Positions 17,234 to 26,982 of a DNA stretch of 64,000 bases are shown here, piece by piece; position 1 is the first letter of the stretch, and every line of letters starts with the position of its first letter. The stretch is from positions 54,597 to 118,596 of the forward strand of contig JAMPIG010000002.1 of assembly GCA_023662875.1 (NCBI GenBank), in the 5' to 3' direction. Both the position numbers and the translations under genes were made by a program. Under the pieces are notes generated by a model. The model worked only from the letters and a program-made list of their open reading frames with translations, did no database searches and was not told the DNA's origin. The DNA is from Roseburia sp. Its GTDB lineage: Bacteria; Bacillota; Clostridia; Lachnospirales; Lachnospiraceae.

Positions 17234-18691
17234 TTAGAAATTGAAGTACAGGAATGTGCTCATGCCCGCAAAGGAAAATACGCACCATACCGCCAGGATA
17301 AAGGTCGACAGCATATTCCGGGCGGATGGCTTGAACTGTTCCAGCTTCTCGCAGGAATTGCGGCATCCAAGAATCAGGACTCCAGCCAGGACAAAGAAGG
17401 ATGTGATCAACACAGGCGGATACAGGGACTCGATGCGCAGAGGAGCCAGGAGCTTTTTCAGCTCTATGATTCTGAATAATTGGATAAAAATATCGTCTAT
17501 GGGTTGGAAATTCCAGGAAACAAGCGTCCTTAAAAGAGTAAGGGCCTGCTGGAAGGTCTCGGCTCTGAAAAATACCCACATAACATTGACGAAGGAAAAT
17601 GTAATCAGCCAGTTCAGGGCAGGGTGGAGCTTTTTAAAGAAATTGGAAAAGTGTCTTGTTATCACAACAAACACGCCGTGGCAGAATCCCCAAAATACGA
17701 AATTCCAGCTTGCGCCATGCCATAATCCGCTTAACAGGAAGACGATCATGATATTGACGTAGGTTCTGACCTTGCCCTTTCTGTTGCCGCCAAGCGGTAT
17801 ATAAACGTATTTTGTGAAGAACCTCGTCAGCGTCATATGCCATCTGTCCCAAAACTCTACAATCGTCAGGGACTTATAGGGGGAGTTGAAATTCACTGGC
17901 AAATCGATATTGAACATTTTCCCGAGGCCGATCGCCATATCGCTGTAACCGCTGAAGTCAAAGTATATCTGAAGGGTATATGACAGCATGACAATAAAGG
18001 CGGTCACGGAGGTGAGCTTGTTGAAGGTAGTAAAGCCGTAAGTCACAGCATCCCCGAAGAGATCCGCAAGCAATATCTTTTTCGCCAGACCGATGGTAAA
18101 AATATAGACGCCCTTCGCGAGATTGTCAAAATTCAATCTTTTTTTCCCGCGGTCCGAAAACTGCGGGATGATTTCGTCGTGAGACACGATGGGCCCGGCA
18201 ACCAGCTGAGGGAAAAACGCCACAAAGCAGGCGTAATGCAGAAAATTGTATCTTGGGATATCCTCCCGGTAGGTGTCGATGATAAACGACATTTGCTGGA
18301 AGGTAAAAAAACTGATTCCCAACGGGAGAGCCAGTCTCAAAAACCCGATATTCGATCCGAACAGGGCGTTTGCGTTGGCAATAAAAAAGTCCATATATTT
18401 AAAATAGACCAGGATTCCTATATTGAAGGCCACGCCCGCAAGCATGATGCCCTTACAGAGCTTTCCGCCCCCCCTGAAATGGCTGAGAAGCAGATGGCAA
18501 CCGTAATTCAGCAGGATACTTGTCAGAATGACAGCAAGATACCACGGATTGTAATAGCCGTAGAACCAAAGCGACATTATCAGCAGGAACAGCTGTCCGG
18601 CGGAGTATTTTCCGTAATGATTCAGTGCGAAATAGCCGACCAGGCACAGGGGAAGAAATAACAAAACGAAAATATAGGAATTAAACAGCAT
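17234..18691 (-). CDS. MBOAT family O-acyltransferase (AlgI/PatA/DltB-like)
   Basis: MLFNS start with GGAGGT RBS; FFPQLVAGPI, YFDFSGYSDMAIG, FWDRWHMTL and GLWHGA (catalytic His). Confidence 0.93.
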   Translation of the reverse strand: MLFNSYIFVLLFLPLCLVGYFALNHYGKYSAGQLFLLIMSLWFYGYYNPWYLAVILTSILLNYGCHLLLSHFRGGGKLCKGIMLAGVAFNIGILVYFKYMDFFIANANALFGSNIGFLRLALPLGISFFTFQQMSFIIDTYREDIPRYNFLHYACFVAFFPQLVAGPIVSHDEIIPQFSDRGKKRLNFDNLAKGVYIFTIGLAKKILLADLFGDAVTYGFTTFNKLTSVTAFIVMLSYTLQIYFDFSGYSDMAIGLGKMFNIDLPVNFNSPYKSLTIVEFWDRWHMTLTRFFTKYVYIPLGGNRKGKVRTYVNIMIVFLLSGLWHGASWNFVFWGFCHGVFVVITRHFSNFFKKLHPALNWLITFSFVNVMWVFFRAETFQQALTLLRTLVSWNFQPIDDIFIQLFRIIELKKLLAPLRIESLYPPVLITSFFVLAGVLILGCRNSCEKLEQFKPSARNMLSTFILAVWCVFSFAGMSTFLYFNF

Positions 18692-19001
18692 ACATACCTC
18701 CCGCAGGAATTGATCATTTGCGCCAGAAAGATAGCTCAATTATATATCCTTCCATGAATTAATTCAAGCGTATACTAAAGTAATTTGCCCCGGAGCGCTT
18801 TATCCCTGCAGGCCGGGAAGACCAGCCAATTCCGCGGGAACGATTTTATAAACAAAAAATAAGAATTAAAAATGGTTGTTTACAGCGGAATTTTGCGGTA
18901 TAGTGTAAGTGCAGACACGCAGGGCCGCCGAGGCATGTAGGGGTATAAGTCTGCGTACACATTTTTGACAAAAATGAATTATGGAAGACAAAGGAAAAAA
19001 G

Positions 19002-21311
19002 ATGAGTAGTTGGTTTATCTACGTCGGCATTTTATTTTATATGGAGGCAGTGTTTCATCTGAGATTCTTCGGGCTGCAGTTCGGAAATCCGCTGTTCCCG
19101 TTGGGGCTGCTGTTGCTGGTGGCGTCCGTTCAGACCCTGATCGGCGGCTGCTTTGGCCCGCGGGGAGGAAAGATAGCGTTCCGGATTATGGTATGGATCC
19201 AGTATGCGGTTTTTGCCGCGCAGACGGTTTATTACGGCATATTCCGCCAGCCGCTGCGCATGGCGGCGGCGATGATGGAGGGGCAGGACGCCCTGACGAG
19301 CTATTGGCGCGAGGCGCTGCAGGGTCTTTTGGCCGCGGTTCCGATATTGCTGCTGCTGGCCGCGCCGATAATTCTGGTCGAGGTGCTGCGGAAAAAAGGG
19401 AAATGGGAGTTTGGGGCTTTTACCGGGATGCAGAAGCTGCGGATGGGGCTTGTGTCCTGGGTATGCCTGGTTTATTGCTGCTGTTGCATGGCGATCGGGG
19501 GTATGGTAGAGGCGGCGTATTCGGAGGAATATCAGGAGTATTATGACCCGGAGACGGTAATGTGCAATATGGGAGTCATTACCATGGTACAGCGGGACGG
19601 GGCTTACGAGATCGGAAACCTGATGACCGGTCTGTTTCAGGGAAGCGGTACGATACCGGCTGCAGGAGCGTCCAGGGACGATAGCGTCATGGATCCGAGC
19701 CGGGTCTCGGCGTCCGGCAGGGAAGTCGGCGGCGACGGAAATGGCGCGGGAGGCTCGCAAGGCCGGGCAACAGACGGCGCGGACGGCCAGGAAGCGAATG
19801 GCGCGGACGACGAAAACGCGGACGGCCGGGGAGCGAATGGCGCAGGTGACGGGGATCCTGCGGCGTCGGGCGCAGACGGTATAGGCGGCGGAAATTCGGA
19901 AGGAGCCAGCTCGGACGGCAGCGGCGGTTCGGAAGGCGCAGAGGCGGGCGGCGGGGACCAGAGTCCGGACGCAGCTTTGGCGGAGGAGCCGGATACCTCT
20001 CCCCACGCCTGGGAGCTTGATCTGGCGAAGCTTGCGGAGCTGTCAGGGAGCAGTAAGGAAAAGAAGTGGCTGGCGGATTATATCGCCGGACTGGCGACCA
20101 CGAACCGAAACGAATACACGGGCCTGTTCGAGGGCTATAACCTGATTTATCTGACGGCGGAGGGCTTCTGCACCTATGCGATCCGGGAGGACTTGACGCC
20201 GACCCTTTATAAGATGGTGAATTCCTCCTTCGTGTTTGAGAATTATTATGTTCCTCTCTGGCAGACCAGCACCAGCGACGGGGAGTACGTAAACTGTACC
20301 GGCCTGATTCCCGACGGGCAGCACAGTATGCGGAAGAGCGCGGATATCAATATGGCGTATACCCTGCCCCGATTCTTCAGTACGGAGGGAGTATACAGCC
20401 GGGCCTATCACGACAATACGCTTTCCTATTATGACAGGCATCTGTCCCATCCAAACCTGGGCTACGACTTTAAAGCGGCGAGGCTGGGAAAACTGTCCCG
20501 GGAAGAGTGGGGGGATCAGATCTTTCCCATGGAGAATCCCAAGGCGTGGCCTGCCTCCGATTATGAGATGATGCAGGGGACGATTCCCGAGTACATCGAC
20601 GACGAGAGGTTCCATGTGTATTATATGACAGTGTCGGGACATATGAATTACAACTTTGCGGGAAACCAGATGTCCGCCCGGAATAAGGATGCAGTGGCCG
20701 GGCTGGATATGTCCGAGAACGCGAGGGCCTATATCGCCTGTCATATCGAGCTGGATAAGGCGCTGGCCTATCTCCTGGAGCAGCTGGAGCAGGCCGGGAA
20801 GCTGGAGAATACGGTAATCTGCCTCAGCGCCGATCATTACCCCTACGGGATGACCGAGGAGCAGTACGAGGAGCTGGCGGGAAAGGATCTGTCCGCGGAT
20901 CTGGATCTGTACCGGAACAGCCTGATTCTCTGGAGCGCTTCCATGGAGGAGCCGGTGATTGTGGAGAAAGCCTGCTGTTCGGTGGATATCCTTCCGACGC
21001 TGTTAAACCTGTTTAACTTTGATTATGATTCCAGAATGTACGCCGGCAGGGATATTTTTTCCGACGAGGAGGGGCTTGTCATCTTCAAGGACAAGAGCTT
21101 TGTCTCCGATACGGTGGCGTACGATAAAAAGAAAAAGACGACGACCTGGCTTAAGGAGCTTTCGGCGGAGGAGCAGGACGCTTATATGGATCGGATGAAG
21201 CAGGAGGTCAAGGACCGATATCAGTTCAGCGCCTATATTCTGCGGAACGATTATTACAGCCTGATCGAGCAGTGCCGCCCCAGCGCGGGAGAAGGGGAGC
21301 AGAGTCCATAG
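19002..21311 (+). CDS. LTA synthase family protein (sulfatase-like) with G/A/D/E-rich linker
   Basis: 5 N-terminal TM segments; YLTAEG, TSTSDGEY (catalytic Thr), TVSGH and ADHYPY; start at 19002 (AAAGGA RBS) or 18981. Confidence 0.85.
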   Translation: MSSWFIYVGILFYMEAVFHLRFFGLQFGNPLFPLGLLLLVASVQTLIGGCFGPRGGKIAFRIMVWIQYAVFAAQTVYYGIFRQPLRMAAAMMEGQDALTSYWREALQGLLAAVPILLLLAAPIILVEVLRKKGKWEFGAFTGMQKLRMGLVSWVCLVYCCCCMAIGGMVEAAYSEEYQEYYDPETVMCNMGVITMVQRDGAYEIGNLMTGLFQGSGTIPAAGASRDDSVMDPSRVSASGREVGGDGNGAGGSQGRATDGADGQEANGADDENADGRGANGAGDGDPAASGADGIGGGNSEGASSDGSGGSEGAEAGGGDQSPDAALAEEPDTSPHAWELDLAKLAELSGSSKEKKWLADYIAGLATTNRNEYTGLFEGYNLIYLTAEGFCTYAIREDLTPTLYKMVNSSFVFENYYVPLWQTSTSDGEYVNCTGLIPDGQHSMRKSADINMAYTLPRFFSTEGVYSRAYHDNTLSYYDRHLSHPNLGYDFKAARLGKLSREEWGDQIFPMENPKAWPASDYEMMQGTIPEYIDDERFHVYYMTVSGHMNYNFAGNQMSARNKDAVAGLDMSENARAYIACHIELDKALAYLLEQLEQAGKLENTVICLSADHYPYGMTEEQYEELAGKDLSADLDLYRNSLILWSASMEEPVIVEKACCSVDILPTLLNLFNFDYDSRMYAGRDIFSDEEGLVIFKDKSFVSDTVAYDKKKKTTTWLKELSAEEQDAYMDRMKQEVKDRYQFSAYILRNDYYSLIEQCRPSAGEGEQSP

Positions 21312-21567
21312 CCTCCGCGCGGAATGCTTCCGGACAGTTTTCCCAGAGGCGTATGCACGTTATGCGCCTGTAATATGCTATATTTCCTCTTTTCATGGGG
21401 AGCGCGTTCAGGTATAATAGAGTCAAAAGAGAAGAGCTATACTCAAATTACAACCGGCGGGAGAACGACGGGCGGCAGCGCCGGAAAAGAAGAGCAACGA
21501 AAGAACTTGTAAGCGGGCGGGAAAACTGCGGCGGAGGGCGTTTCAAAACGGAAAAGGGGGTTAAGGC

Positions 21568-21753
21568 ATGGATAAGAGATTGTATAAATCAGACACAAAT
21601 ATAGTAATCATGGGGGTATGCGGCGGAATCGGAGAATTTTTTAATATTGATCCGACCCTGATCCGGCTGGCGTGGGTGATCTTCTGCTTTGCCGGCGGAA
21701 GCGGGATACTGGCGTACATTATAGCGGCGTTCATCATACCCAGGCGGGTATAA
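21568..21753 (+). CDS. pspC: PspC domain-containing protein
   Basis: KRLYKS...GVCGGIGEFFNIDPTLIRLAWV...ILAYIIAAFIIP. Confidence 0.88.
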   Translation: MDKRLYKSDTNIVIMGVCGGIGEFFNIDPTLIRLAWVIFCFAGGSGILAYIIAAFIIPRRV

Positions 21754-21830
21754 CGGGAGTTTGCCTGAAGAAGCGGGATAAAGCGCGTCCGCCTTGTGAG
21801 TCTGGCAAAGAGATATGGAGAAATGGCGGT

Positions 21831-21877
21831 AAAAGAATCCTTTTTATTCGGAAACGGATAACAGGGATTCTTTTTTT
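21831..21877 (+). terminator. Hairpin with T-tract downstream of pspC
   Basis: AAAAGAATCC (21831-21840) / GGATTCTTTT (21865-21874) followed by further T residues. Confidence 0.5.
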
Positions 21878-21905
21878 GCGCAAATAGAATTCTATTTTTT
21901 TGGTA

Positions 21906-21934
21906 TTGACAGCGAGCATCCCATATGATACAGT
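21906..21934 (+). promoter_or_regulatory. Sigma-A promoter with extended -10
   Basis: TTGACA-N17-TACAGT with TG at 21926-21927. Confidence 0.55.
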
Positions 21935-22133
21935 AAAGTATACTTTCTGAAACGTGTTTTTTAAGATTCCTCTGAGGCCAGGTATTTGGCGGATATTTTC
22001 CGGCCGGCCGCCGGATCCGGGTCGGGAGGACGGGGAGTTGCGCGTGATTTTTCGGAATTTTAATGAAAAGTCGACAAAATAAAGTCGGTTTTGAGAGATT
22101 CTGAAGAAAAAACAACAGAAAAGAGGTTAATTT

Positions 22134-22637
22134 ATGATTGTGGAATTGACATCAATTTTAAACTTGGATAAAATTAACGTATCAGGGATGAGTATGCCAA
22201 AACCGGAGAAGCTGAAGTATTACGAGAAATATTTTCTGGAAGAAGGACGCTTTGCCAGCGCTGTAGTTGTGGACGAGGCCTGGAATATCCGTACGGGATA
22301 TGTGACGTACCTGCTGGCGAAGCAATACGGAGTCAGGCCCCGGATCCTTCAGATCCGCTCGTCCAGCCCGCTGATTAAGGCGGTGCGGGGGCGGTATGTG
22401 CGGTACAGGAACTGGAAATGGGATTTCGTGAGCGAAAAAAGCGGTATCTGGCTCTACGGATTGAAGGAACCAGTGGTTCCGGGGGATATCCTGCGGGTGG
22501 AATCCACGAAGGGGACGGCCTGTATTCAGGTGGAGAGCCTGGAATATGTGGATGAAGCCGAAGACTGCGCCAGGATGCGTAAGGTGCTGAAGCATGTCAG
22601 GAGGAATATGTCAGCGGACGGTGAGGCGGGAGCGTAA
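22134..22637 (+). CDS. Hypothetical protein, degenerate ParB/Srx-like N-terminus and small beta-rich C-terminal domain
   Basis: AVVVDEAWNIRTGYVTYLLAKQYG resembles the ParB-like IVV...IDGYxRY motif; C-terminal PGDILRV segment. Confidence 0.6.
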   Translation: MIVELTSILNLDKINVSGMSMPKPEKLKYYEKYFLEEGRFASAVVVDEAWNIRTGYVTYLLAKQYGVRPRILQIRSSSPLIKAVRGRYVRYRNWKWDFVSEKSGIWLYGLKEPVVPGDILRVESTKGTACIQVESLEYVDEAEDCARMRKVLKHVRRNMSADGEAGA

Positions 22638-22648
22638 GGAGGTAAACG

Positions 22649-22945
22649 ATGAGAAGAGCAATGGATTATGTTTTTACCGTTGACAACGAGGAGGTTTTGA
22701 TCGAGGGTCTGCAGAAGGACACCCGGTCGCGCGTTATTGCGGAATATTCAATGTGCCGCAAGGGTAAGAAAATGACGCAGGAGAAGCTGGCGAGGCTTTC
22801 CGGGATATCCCGTCCGAATATCACGCGTTTCGAGAGCGGTTATTATAACCCCTCGCTGGAGATGCTCGTGCGTATCGCGGCAGCGATGGATATGGAGATC
22901 AAGCTGGAGCTGGTTCCCCGGGAGACGCCGGTGACCGGAGCGTGA
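22649..22945 (+). CDS. XRE family helix-turn-helix protein (HigA-antitoxin-like)
   Basis: RKGKKMTQEKLARLSGISRPNITRFESGYYNPSLEMLVRIA; GGAGGT RBS. Confidence 0.88.
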   Translation: MRRAMDYVFTVDNEEVLIEGLQKDTRSRVIAEYSMCRKGKKMTQEKLARLSGISRPNITRFESGYYNPSLEMLVRIAAAMDMEIKLELVPRETPVTGA

Positions 22946-22975
22946 TAAACGTCCGCCAGTTGAATTTTTCATGGA

Positions 22976-24514
22976 ATGAGATACGATTTCCCTATGAAAG
23001 AGCGTCAGAAGACAGAGGAGAGATTTTTTTCCTTCCTGGAAGAAAATGAAATGGTGAATTCCGGGGACAGGATTGTCCTCGGAATTTCCGGCGGGGCAGA
23101 CTCGGTTTGCCTCTTATTTCTGTTGCTGGAATACCGGAAAAAAAAGGATTTCGACCTGATTGCGGTTTACGTTAACCATGGACTCCGGGGAGCTGCTGCG
23201 GCGGAGGACGGAGCGTTTGTGGAGGAGCTCTGTCGGGAGCGGGAGATTCCCTTTCGGCTTGCGGCGGGGGATGTCAGGGCGCTGGCCGCCCGGGAGAGAT
23301 GCTCGGAGGAGGACGCTGGGCGGCGCTTTCGCTACGGTATCTTTCGGGAAATCTGCCGGGAGGAGCGGGGGACGCGGATCGCCGTGGCGCATAACGCCAA
23401 CGACAGGGCGGAGACGGTATTGCTGCATCTCTTTCGGGGGAGCGGCCTGCGGGGGCTCCGCGGGATAGAGCCGGTACAGGGGGACATTATCAGGCCCCTG
23501 CTCTGTCTGGAGCGGGAGGAGATCGAGGAGTATCTGCGGGAGCGGGGAATTTCCTGGCGCACGGACGAAACCAACGCGGAGGACGCTTATGTCCGGAATC
23601 GGATTCGCCATCATATCCTGCCTTACGCGGAGCGGGAGATCTCCCCGGGAGCAGTCGCCCGCCTCTGTAAAACGGCGGATATACTGTCGGAGGCGGAGGA
23701 TTATTTCAGAGAGCAGACTGCGGCGGCCAGGAAAAGATGCGTTGCAGGAGAGACGGACGGCGGAGAGAAGAGCGCGGGAGAGCCGGACGGCGGAGAGAAG
23801 AGCGCAGGCAGGGAGGAAATCGAGGTCGCCGCCTTCCTGGAGCTTCACCCGGCGATCCGCAAGCGCGTGCTTCTGGAGCTTCTGGAGGAGCTGTCGCCGA
23901 CCGGGAAGGATATCTCCGCCGTTCATGTGGAGAGCGTGTTCGCGCTGTTTGAAAAAGAGGGAAACAGAAGCGTCTCCCTTCCCTTCGGAATTTGCTGCAG
24001 CAGGAGGTACGAAAGGGTCGTTTTCAGCCGTTCCGGGGAGGAAGAGGGGGAAGCGGCGCTTCTGCCGGAGCTGGAAAAATCGGAAATAATCATCACAAAT
24101 CGAAAAGAAGTTCCCAAAAAACAGTATACGAAATGGTTTGATTATGATAAAATAAAAGAATCGCCGACGCTGCGTTTTCGGGAGCAGGGGGACTATCTTA
24201 CCATATCGGACGGTAAGGGAGGCTGCCGCCATAAGTCTCTTCAGGATTATCTGGTGACAGAAAAAATTCCCCGGGAGCTGAGAGACCGGATTCCTGTGCT
24301 GGCGGAGGGGAACCATGTGATCTGGCTGGTCGGATACCGGATCAGCGAATATTATAAGGTGGACGGGAATACAAAACGGGTTTTGCAGGTAAAATTAAAA
24401 GGAAGCTGTGAGGACAGCGAAACGGAGGAGAAGGATGGCGGAGCGTATCAGAGTACTTTTATCGGAGGAAGAGGTAGACAGGAGAATCCAGGAGATCGGA
24501 GAACAGATCAGTAA
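22976..24514 (+). CDS. tilS: tRNA(Ile)-lysidine synthetase
   Basis: SGGADS PP-loop, AHNANDRAET, IIRPLL, DETN and RNRIRH; upstream of hpt-ftsH; start may be 22994. Confidence 0.95.
   Translation: MRYDFPMKERQKTEERFFSFLEENEMVNSGDRIVLGISGGADSVCLLFLLLEYRKKKDFDLIAVYVNHGLRGAAAAEDGAFVEELCREREIPFRLAAGDVRALAARERCSEEDAGRRFRYGIFREICREERGTRIAVAHNANDRAETVLLHLFRGSGLRGLRGIEPVQGDIIRPLLCLEREEIEEYLRERGISWRTDETNAEDAYVRNRIRHHILPYAEREISPGAVARLCKTADILSEAEDYFREQTAAARKRCVAGETDGGEKSAGEPDGGEKSAGREEIEVAAFLELHPAIRKRVLLELLEELSPTGKDISAVHVESVFALFEKEGNRSVSLPFGICCSRRYERVVFSRSGEEEGEAALLPELEKSEIIITNRKEVPKKQYTKWFDYDKIKESPTLRFREQGDYLTISDGKGGCRHKSLQDYLVTEKIPRELRDRIPVLAEGNHVIWLVGYRISEYYKVDGNTKRVLQVKLKGSCEDSETEEKDGGAYQSTFIGGRGRQENPGDRRTDQ
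23747..23806 (+). repeat. In-frame 30-bp tandem duplication within tilS
   Basis: GETDGGEKSA / GEPDGGEKSA. Confidence 0.9.
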
Positions 24515-24962
24515 GGAGTATGCGGGCAAAACGGTGCATCTGGTATGTGTGCTGAAGGGCGGCAGCTTCTTTATGTGCGAGCTGTCGAAGAGGATTTCGG
24601 TTCCCGTGACGCTGGATTTTATGTCCGTATCCAGCTACGGAAGCGATACGAAGTCCAGCGGAGTCGTAAAGATTATAAAGGATTTGGACGAGTCGTTGAA
24701 GGACAAGGATGTCATCGTGGTGGAGGACATCGTTGACAGCGGAAGGACGCTGAGCTATCTGCTGGAGATGCTGCGGGACAGAGGGCCTGCGTCCTTAAGT
24801 CTCTGTACGCTGCTTGATAAACCGGACAGGCGTGTTATACCTGTAAATGTGGATTATACGGGGTTCCAGATCCCGGATGAATTTGTGGTGGGCTACGGGC
24901 TGGACTATGACCAGAGATACCGGAACCTGCCGTATATCGGAGTGGTGGAGTTTGACGATTAG
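24435..24962 (+). CDS. hpt: Hypoxanthine phosphoribosyltransferase
   Basis: VLKGG, VVEDIVDSGRTL PRPP-binding motif, FVVGYGLDY and RNLPYI; overlaps the tilS 3' end by 80 nt. Confidence 0.96.
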   Translation: MAERIRVLLSEEEVDRRIQEIGEQISKEYAGKTVHLVCVLKGGSFFMCELSKRISVPVTLDFMSVSSYGSDTKSSGVVKIIKDLDESLKDKDVIVVEDIVDSGRTLSYLLEMLRDRGPASLSLCTLLDKPDRRVIPVNVDYTGFQIPDEFVVGYGLDYDQRYRNLPYIGVVEFDD

Positions 24963-24974
24963 GAGGCTTGCGAG

Positions 24975-26792
24975 TTGAAGCAGGAAAACATAAGGTTTTA
25001 TTCATTTTTTATAACGATCCTTGTGATGCTGGCGTTTGTATTCGTGACGAGTATGGTGAGGCAGCAGAGGGAGAAGGAGGATTATTCCAAGGCGGAGTTT
25101 GTCGCCGATATGGAGGCAGGCAACGTAACCAGGGTGGAGATTCAGCTCAACAAGGAGACTCCTACGGGGGCGCTTTATATTTATCTGAAGGGCGGCGCTG
25201 AAAAAACGCTGTATGTGTCGGATGTGGTGGAGATCGAGAAGACGGCGAGGTCTTACGGCCTGGATCCGATGGTATATGATGTGGAGAGGGAGAGCTGGTT
25301 CCTGACGACGCTGGTGCCCCTGCTGATCGTTATTGTGGCGGGGATGTTCCTGTTTTCGATGATCAACGCACAGAACGCGAACGCCGGGGCGGTCAACGCG
25401 AAATTCGGGAAGAGCCGGGCCAGGCTTTCGATGGGAGACAAGACCGTCACCTTTAACCAGGTAGCCGGGCTGAGGGAGGAAAAGGAAGAGCTGGCGGAGA
25501 TCGTGGATTTCCTGCGGGAGCCGGGAAAGTATAACAGCGTGGGGGCGAGAATCCCCAAGGGCGTTCTGCTGGAGGGCCCGCCCGGAACCGGTAAAACCCT
25601 GCTGGCGAAGGCCGTGGCGGGCGAGGCGAACGTAGCATTCTTCAGCATTTCCGGGTCGGACTTTGTAGAGATGTATGTGGGCGTCGGCGCTTCCCGTGTC
25701 AGGGATCTGTTCGAGGAAGCGAAGAAGCATATACCCTGTATCGTATTTATCGACGAGATCGACGCTGTGGCAAGACGCCGGGGAACCGGTATGGGCGGCG
25801 GGCATGACGAGAGGGAGCAGACGCTGAACCAGCTGCTCGTAGAGATGGACGGCTTCGGCGTCAACGAGGGAATTATCGTTATGGCGGCGACCAACCGGGT
25901 CGATATCCTGGATCCCGCGATCCTGCGCCCGGGTCGTTTTGACCGAAAGATTGCGATCAGTACGCCGGACGTAAGCGGCAGGGAGGAAATCCTTAAGGTT
26001 CACGCGAAGAACAAGCCGCTTTCCGAGGAGGTGGATCTAAAGCAGGTAGCCCAGACGACGTCGGGCTTTACGGGGGCCGATCTGGAAAACCTGATGAACG
26101 AGGCGGCGATCAACGCGGCGAAAAACGGGAAGCGTTACCTTTCCCAGGACGATATCCGGAAAGCCTTTGTCAGGGTCGGTATCGGGACGGAGAAGAAGAG
26201 CCGGATTATCTCCGATAAGGAGAAGAAGATCACGGCATACCACGAGGCAGGCCACGCCATCCTGTTCCATGTGCTGCCGGATGTGGGCCCTGTCTATACG
26301 GTATCGATTATCCCGACCGGACAGGGAGCGGCGGGCTATACCATGCCGCTGCCGGAAAAGGACGAGATGTTTATCACAAAGGGACGGATGATGCAGGATA
26401 TCATGGTGTCCCTAGGCGGCCGGATCGCCGAGGCGATTATCTTTAAGGATATCACCAGCGGCGCTTCCAGCGATATCAAGCACGCGACCAAGGTAGCCAG
26501 GAGGATGGTGACTCGCTTCGGTATGTCGGACAATATCGGCGTAATCTGCTACGACGATGATGACGACGAGGTCTTTATCGGCAGGGATCTGGCCCACGCC
26601 AAATCCCACAGCGAGGTGGTGTCCGGCGAGATCGACAAGGAGGTAAAGGCGATTATCGACGAGTGCTATTCCCGGGCGGAGAAGATTATTCTGGAGCATG
26701 AGGACGTGCTTCACAGGTGCGCGGCGCTCCTGCTGGAGAAGGAAAAGATCGGCCGGGATGAGTTTGAGGCGCTGTTTGCTGCGGAGACCTGA
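24975..26792 (+). CDS. ftsH: ATP-dependent zinc metalloprotease FtsH
   Basis: 2 TM segments; [26 protein letters not shown] and HEAGH. Confidence 0.97.
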   Translation: MKQENIRFYSFFITILVMLAFVFVTSMVRQQREKEDYSKAEFVADMEAGNVTRVEIQLNKETPTGALYIYLKGGAEKTLYVSDVVEIEKTARSYGLDPMVYDVERESWFLTTLVPLLIVIVAGMFLFSMINAQNANAGAVNAKFGKSRARLSMGDKTVTFNQVAGLREEKEELAEIVDFLREPGKYNSVGARIPKGVLLEGPPGTGKTLLAKAVAGEANVAFFSISGSDFVEMYVGVGASRVRDLFEEAKKHIPCIVFIDEIDAVARRRGTGMGGGHDEREQTLNQLLVEMDGFGVNEGIIVMAATNRVDILDPAILRPGRFDRKIAISTPDVSGREEILKVHAKNKPLSEEVDLKQVAQTTSGFTGADLENLMNEAAINAAKNGKRYLSQDDIRKAFVRVGIGTEKKSRIISDKEKKITAYHEAGHAILFHVLPDVGPVYTVSIIPTGQGAAGYTMPLPEKDEMFITKGRMMQDIMVSLGGRIAEAIIFKDITSGASSDIKHATKVARRMVTRFGMSDNIGVICYDDDDDEVFIGRDLAHAKSHSEVVSGEIDKEVKAIIDECYSRAEKIILEHEDVLHRCAALLLEKEKIGRDEFEALFAAET

Positions 26793-26902
26793 GGCGGCTG
26801 CAGGATAATATGAGGTTTGATGGGATTTCCGGACAAGCTTCCGGAGGAGAATATGGAGAATCGTTGTCGGCGGGCAATTATGGAGCCGAAATGGCAAAAT
26901 TG

Positions 26903-26928
26903 CACAAAAACAGGCGGCTGTTTTTGTG
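26903..26928. terminator. Perfect 11-bp hairpin downstream of ftsH (terminator or operator)
   Basis: CACAAAAACAG-GCGG-CTGTTTTTGTG. Confidence 0.5.
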
Positions 26929-26982
26929 AAGTTTGTGAATTTTGGAAATAGCAAACAGACAAAGAAAATGCTATTATAATAT

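Larger units (their letters stand above)
15074..18740. mobile_element. Possible integrase-bearing islet carrying the MBOAT + SGNH genes
   Basis: Three co-oriented minus-strand genes, AT-richer than the flanks, with a recombinase at one end; no att repeats found by eye. Confidence 0.35.

Noticed and set aside
16153-18691. dlt operon
   Set aside because: There is no DltA adenylation enzyme, DltC carrier or DltX in the window, and the MBOAT looks AlgI/PatA-like
15035-18850. attL/attR direct repeats flanking the recombinase islet
   Set aside because: No shared direct repeat was visible at the two ends, so the boundaries remain undefined
24435-24514. Frameshift or programmed recoding at the 80-nt tilS/hpt overlap
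   Set aside because: Both genes are complete and hpt has its own RBS; a tilS tail running into hpt needs no special mechanism
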